Source of the DNA: an uncultured delta proteobacterium | GTDB lineage: Bacteria > Desulfobacterota > Desulfuromonadia > Geobacterales > Pseudopelobacteraceae | Assembly: GCA_963772835.1 (NCBI GenBank) | Contig: CAVYYZ010000003.1 | Coordinates: 160,001-224,000, forward strand | Length of the DNA stretch: 64,000 nt | Reading direction: 5' to 3' | Shown: in pieces, positions 61,583 to 64,000 of the stretch | Position numbering within the stretch: the stretch's first letter is position 1 | Layout: every line of letters begins with the position of its first letter | The notes under the pieces: model-generated | Told to the model about the DNA's origin: nothing | Database searches by the model: none | The model's input: only the letters and a program-made list of their open reading frames with translations | Position numbers and translations under genes: made by a program

Positions 61583-61599
61583 GTGGCACTAATAGTGCT
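61583..61599 (+). promoter_or_regulatory. Sigma54 promoter
   Basis: GTGGCAC-TAATA-GTGCT with GG/GC at the correct spacing. Confidence 0.7.
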
Positions 61600-61652
61600 A
61601 TCCAGTAGTTGATGTACGTATCTGCTGCCTCATGATCAAGAGAGGTTTTCGT

Positions 61653-62855
61653 ATGGTAATGCGTATAGGAAGAACTCTTCCCCCTGCGGCATCGCCGTTT
61701 AATCTCAATGATATCGTGTCAGGGATAGCCGGTCTTATTGAAGGGGAGGGTGAAGTAAAGAGGTTCGAGGAGAGCCTCAAGATGTTTTTCCAGGTCAGAT
61801 ACTGTTTTGCCGTTTCGTCCGGGAAGGCAGCCCTTGTCATAATACTTCAAGCATTGCATGAAATATATCCTGATAAAGATACGGTTTTGATACCAGCATA
61901 TACCTGCTACTCGGTTCCGTCAGCGATAATACGGGCAGGATTAAAAGTCCGGTTGTGCGACATGGCGCCTGATACCCTCGATTTTGATTTCGACCGAATC
62001 GTTGAGGAATTGGAGAATCCCTGTCTCCTCTGCGTGATCCCCACCCACTTGTTTGGTATCCCGTCCGATGTAGAGCGGCTTCAGTCTTTGATAAATCAAC
62101 GCGATATATTTGTTCTGGAAGACGCCGCACAGGCAATGGGTGGAGAATGGAACGGGAAAAAAACCGGAACGCTGGGTGATGTCGGATTGTTCAGTCTGGG
62201 TCGCGGGAAGGCCTTCTCAACTGTAGAGGGTGGATTAATTCTGACAGACAACGACCAGATCGGGCAGATGCTTGAAAAACGACTGGCTACTATACACGGA
62301 TATGGAACCTTCGACTGTCTGAAACTGCTCCTTAATGCGGTCGCACTGTCGGTTCTCGTTGACCCAAGGATATACTGGTTGCCGAAATCGCTGCCATTTT
62401 TGAAACTGGGAGAAACACATTTCAACCCATCATTTCCAATCAGGAAGATGTCGCCTTTTCAAGCGGGAATGGCTAAAAAATGGGAGTCGGCACTTAATAA
62501 ACTTACATCAGCACGTTTGATAACTGCCAAAAAACTAGCAGTCTACGGGATGCAGTCTGTGGGAACAAGCAAGGGGACGTTTCCTGATTTGATCCGGTTT
62601 CCCGTGCTGCTTGCAAATACGGAAACCAAAAAAAAGATACTCCGGAAAGGTGAAAAGATGGGAATAGGAATATCCGGCGGGTATCCCGATTCTATCAATG
62701 GAATTGATGAACTCCGGGATTTTTTTGAGGGGAATACGTTTCCGGAGGCAAAAAAAATCGCAGAAAGATTAGTTACTTTCCCTGTGCACCGTTTTGTTAA
62801 CGGGAGTGATGTAAAAAACATCACACATTTGTTCAGGTCACAGTCAATCAACTGA
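61653..62855 (+). CDS. DegT/DnrJ-like PLP-dependent aminotransferase (divergent)
   Basis: SSGKAAL, IPAYTCYSV, THLFG, EDAAQAMG, FSLGRGK. Confidence 0.85.
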   Translation: MVMRIGRTLPPAASPFNLNDIVSGIAGLIEGEGEVKRFEESLKMFFQVRYCFAVSSGKAALVIILQALHEIYPDKDTVLIPAYTCYSVPSAIIRAGLKVRLCDMAPDTLDFDFDRIVEELENPCLLCVIPTHLFGIPSDVERLQSLINQRDIFVLEDAAQAMGGEWNGKKTGTLGDVGLFSLGRGKAFSTVEGGLILTDNDQIGQMLEKRLATIHGYGTFDCLKLLLNAVALSVLVDPRIYWLPKSLPFLKLGETHFNPSFPIRKMSPFQAGMAKKWESALNKLTSARLITAKKLAVYGMQSVGTSKGTFPDLIRFPVLLANTETKKKILRKGEKMGIGISGGYPDSINGIDELRDFFEGNTFPEAKKIAERLVTFPVHRFVNGSDVKNITHLFRSQSIN

Positions 62856-62872
62856 AAATAGGGTGAGATGAA

Positions 62873-63806
62873 GTGATCAGTGTAATTATTCCGACATACA
62901 ACTGCGAAAAATATATCTGTGAAGCACTGGACAGCGTGCTTCACCAAACTTATTCAGATTACGAAATAATTGTTATTGACGATGGGTCAACTGACAATAC
63001 CAGAGCGATTATCGACGGTAGATACCATTCAGTTCGATATTTTTATGTGAAGAATAACGGCGTTGCAGCTGCAAGGAATGTGGGCATATCAAAGGCACGA
63101 GGGAGGGCTGATTGCCTTTCTTGATGCCGATGACAAGTGGCTGCCGAAAAAGCTGGAGAAGCAGGCGGCATTATTTGATGAAGATATCAATTTGGGAATG
63201 GTATTTACGGAAAACTTTTTCTTCAATGAAAACGGATTACTATCAGATAAAATAAATAAGCGAGCACGCTTGATGCGGGGAGATATTGTAAAAAATATTT
63301 TTATGAACAGTTATGTCGTTACCTCCACTGTAATGGTCCGAAAGAACGTATTTGAGTCGGTCGGGCTGTTCGAGGAAGAATTGATAGTCGCTGAAGACGA
63401 TAACATGTGGATGCGAATCGGTATGAAATATCGTGTGATACTTCTTGATGAATCAATGCTTATGTATCGAATAACAGAAGGGAGTCTGAGTAGAAGAGAT
63501 CATAATGTATTTACAGGAGTGAGCGCAAGTATCAGAATTATCAAGATAAAATATCCTGATTTATGTAAGCGGCTTGGAAAATCATCAATCAGAAGAAAAT
63601 ATTCTGAGTTGTTTTATTCAGAAGGATATCACTGCTTTTCACAGGGCAGGCAGAAGGAAGCTCGATGCAATTTCGTCAAAAGTTACTGTAACTGGCCTCT
63701 GAAATTTAAATCATTATTGTATATGGCTTCGACATATTTCCCGCAGGGGTTAATAGAAAGAATCCGGGATGCAAAAATGAGATTCTGTAACCAGGCAAAT
63801 ATATGA
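62873..63806 (+). pseudogene. GT2 glycosyltransferase split by a +1 frameshift near 63101-63107
   Basis: Frame 1 ends ...ARNVGISKARG; the other frame continues LIAFLDADDKW; the junction GGGAGGG has 7 nt where 6 are expected. Confidence 0.8.
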
Positions 63807-64000
63807 CTGATATGTATACATTAGAACTTAAAGACATTGTGCACACCTTGAGAACCGAAAGCACGGTATACCTCATAGTTTTGTTGTATCTGTTTTTTGA
63901 ATATGTAAGGCCTCAAAGCTTATATCCGGCCATAGATATTATTCCGTATGGCAAGATAATCATATCTATGTGCCTGATATTGTACCTCCTGCAAAAAAAG
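63803..64000 (+). CDS. 5' part of an O-antigen ligase/Wzy-like membrane protein (runs off window)
   Basis: MTDMYTLELKDIVHTLRTESTVYLIVLLYLFFEYVRPQSLYPAIDIIPYGK...; ATGA overlap with the previous stop; not in the ORF track. Confidence 0.65.
   Translation, partial: MTDMYTLELKDIVHTLRTESTVYLIVLLYLFFEYVRPQSLYPAIDIIPYGKIIISMCLILYLLQKK

Overview
Bacterial chromosomal window; gene content and order resemble Desulfuromonadales/Geobacteraceae (inferred, not database-checked). Almost the whole window is one cell-surface/biofilm super-locus. (1) 1-13.9 kb, signalling: two tandem sigma54 (NtrC-type) activators, glmS, two hybrid histidine kinases, and an opposite-strand operon of a tiny PEP-CTERM-like gene, a REC-PAS-GGDEF cyclase and a Crp/Fnr regulator. 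(2) 14.4-30.8 kb: PEP-CTERM/exosortase-A-type exopolysaccharide genes (truncated PrsT, priming transferase, Wza, split Wzc, ATPase, beta-barrel, deacetylase), Wzm/Wzt and amino-sugar biosynthesis. (3) 31-42 kb: Flp/Tad pilus cluster without a prepilin peptidase, ending in DUF192 and a TolA/TonB-like protein. (4) 42.5-56 kb: three large secreted mosaic proteins built from 7 DUF4082 modules, Ig modules and amidohydrolase-like domains (DMFase-beta-like, two CE4-like, CehA/McbA PHP-like), plus a deleted fourth gene. (5) 56-64 kb: glycosyltransferases, a third DegT enzyme, a frameshifted GT2 and the start of a Wzy/ligase-like gene. Main signal: the same 17-bp enhancer sits 60-61 nt upstream of consensus sigma54 promoters in front of the mini PEP-CTERM/cyclase operon, the Flp pilin and the DUF4082 enzyme array. 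This suggests a co-regulated EPS + Tad + secreted de-N-acylase system. All family assignments are from motif recognition by eye; no searches were run.
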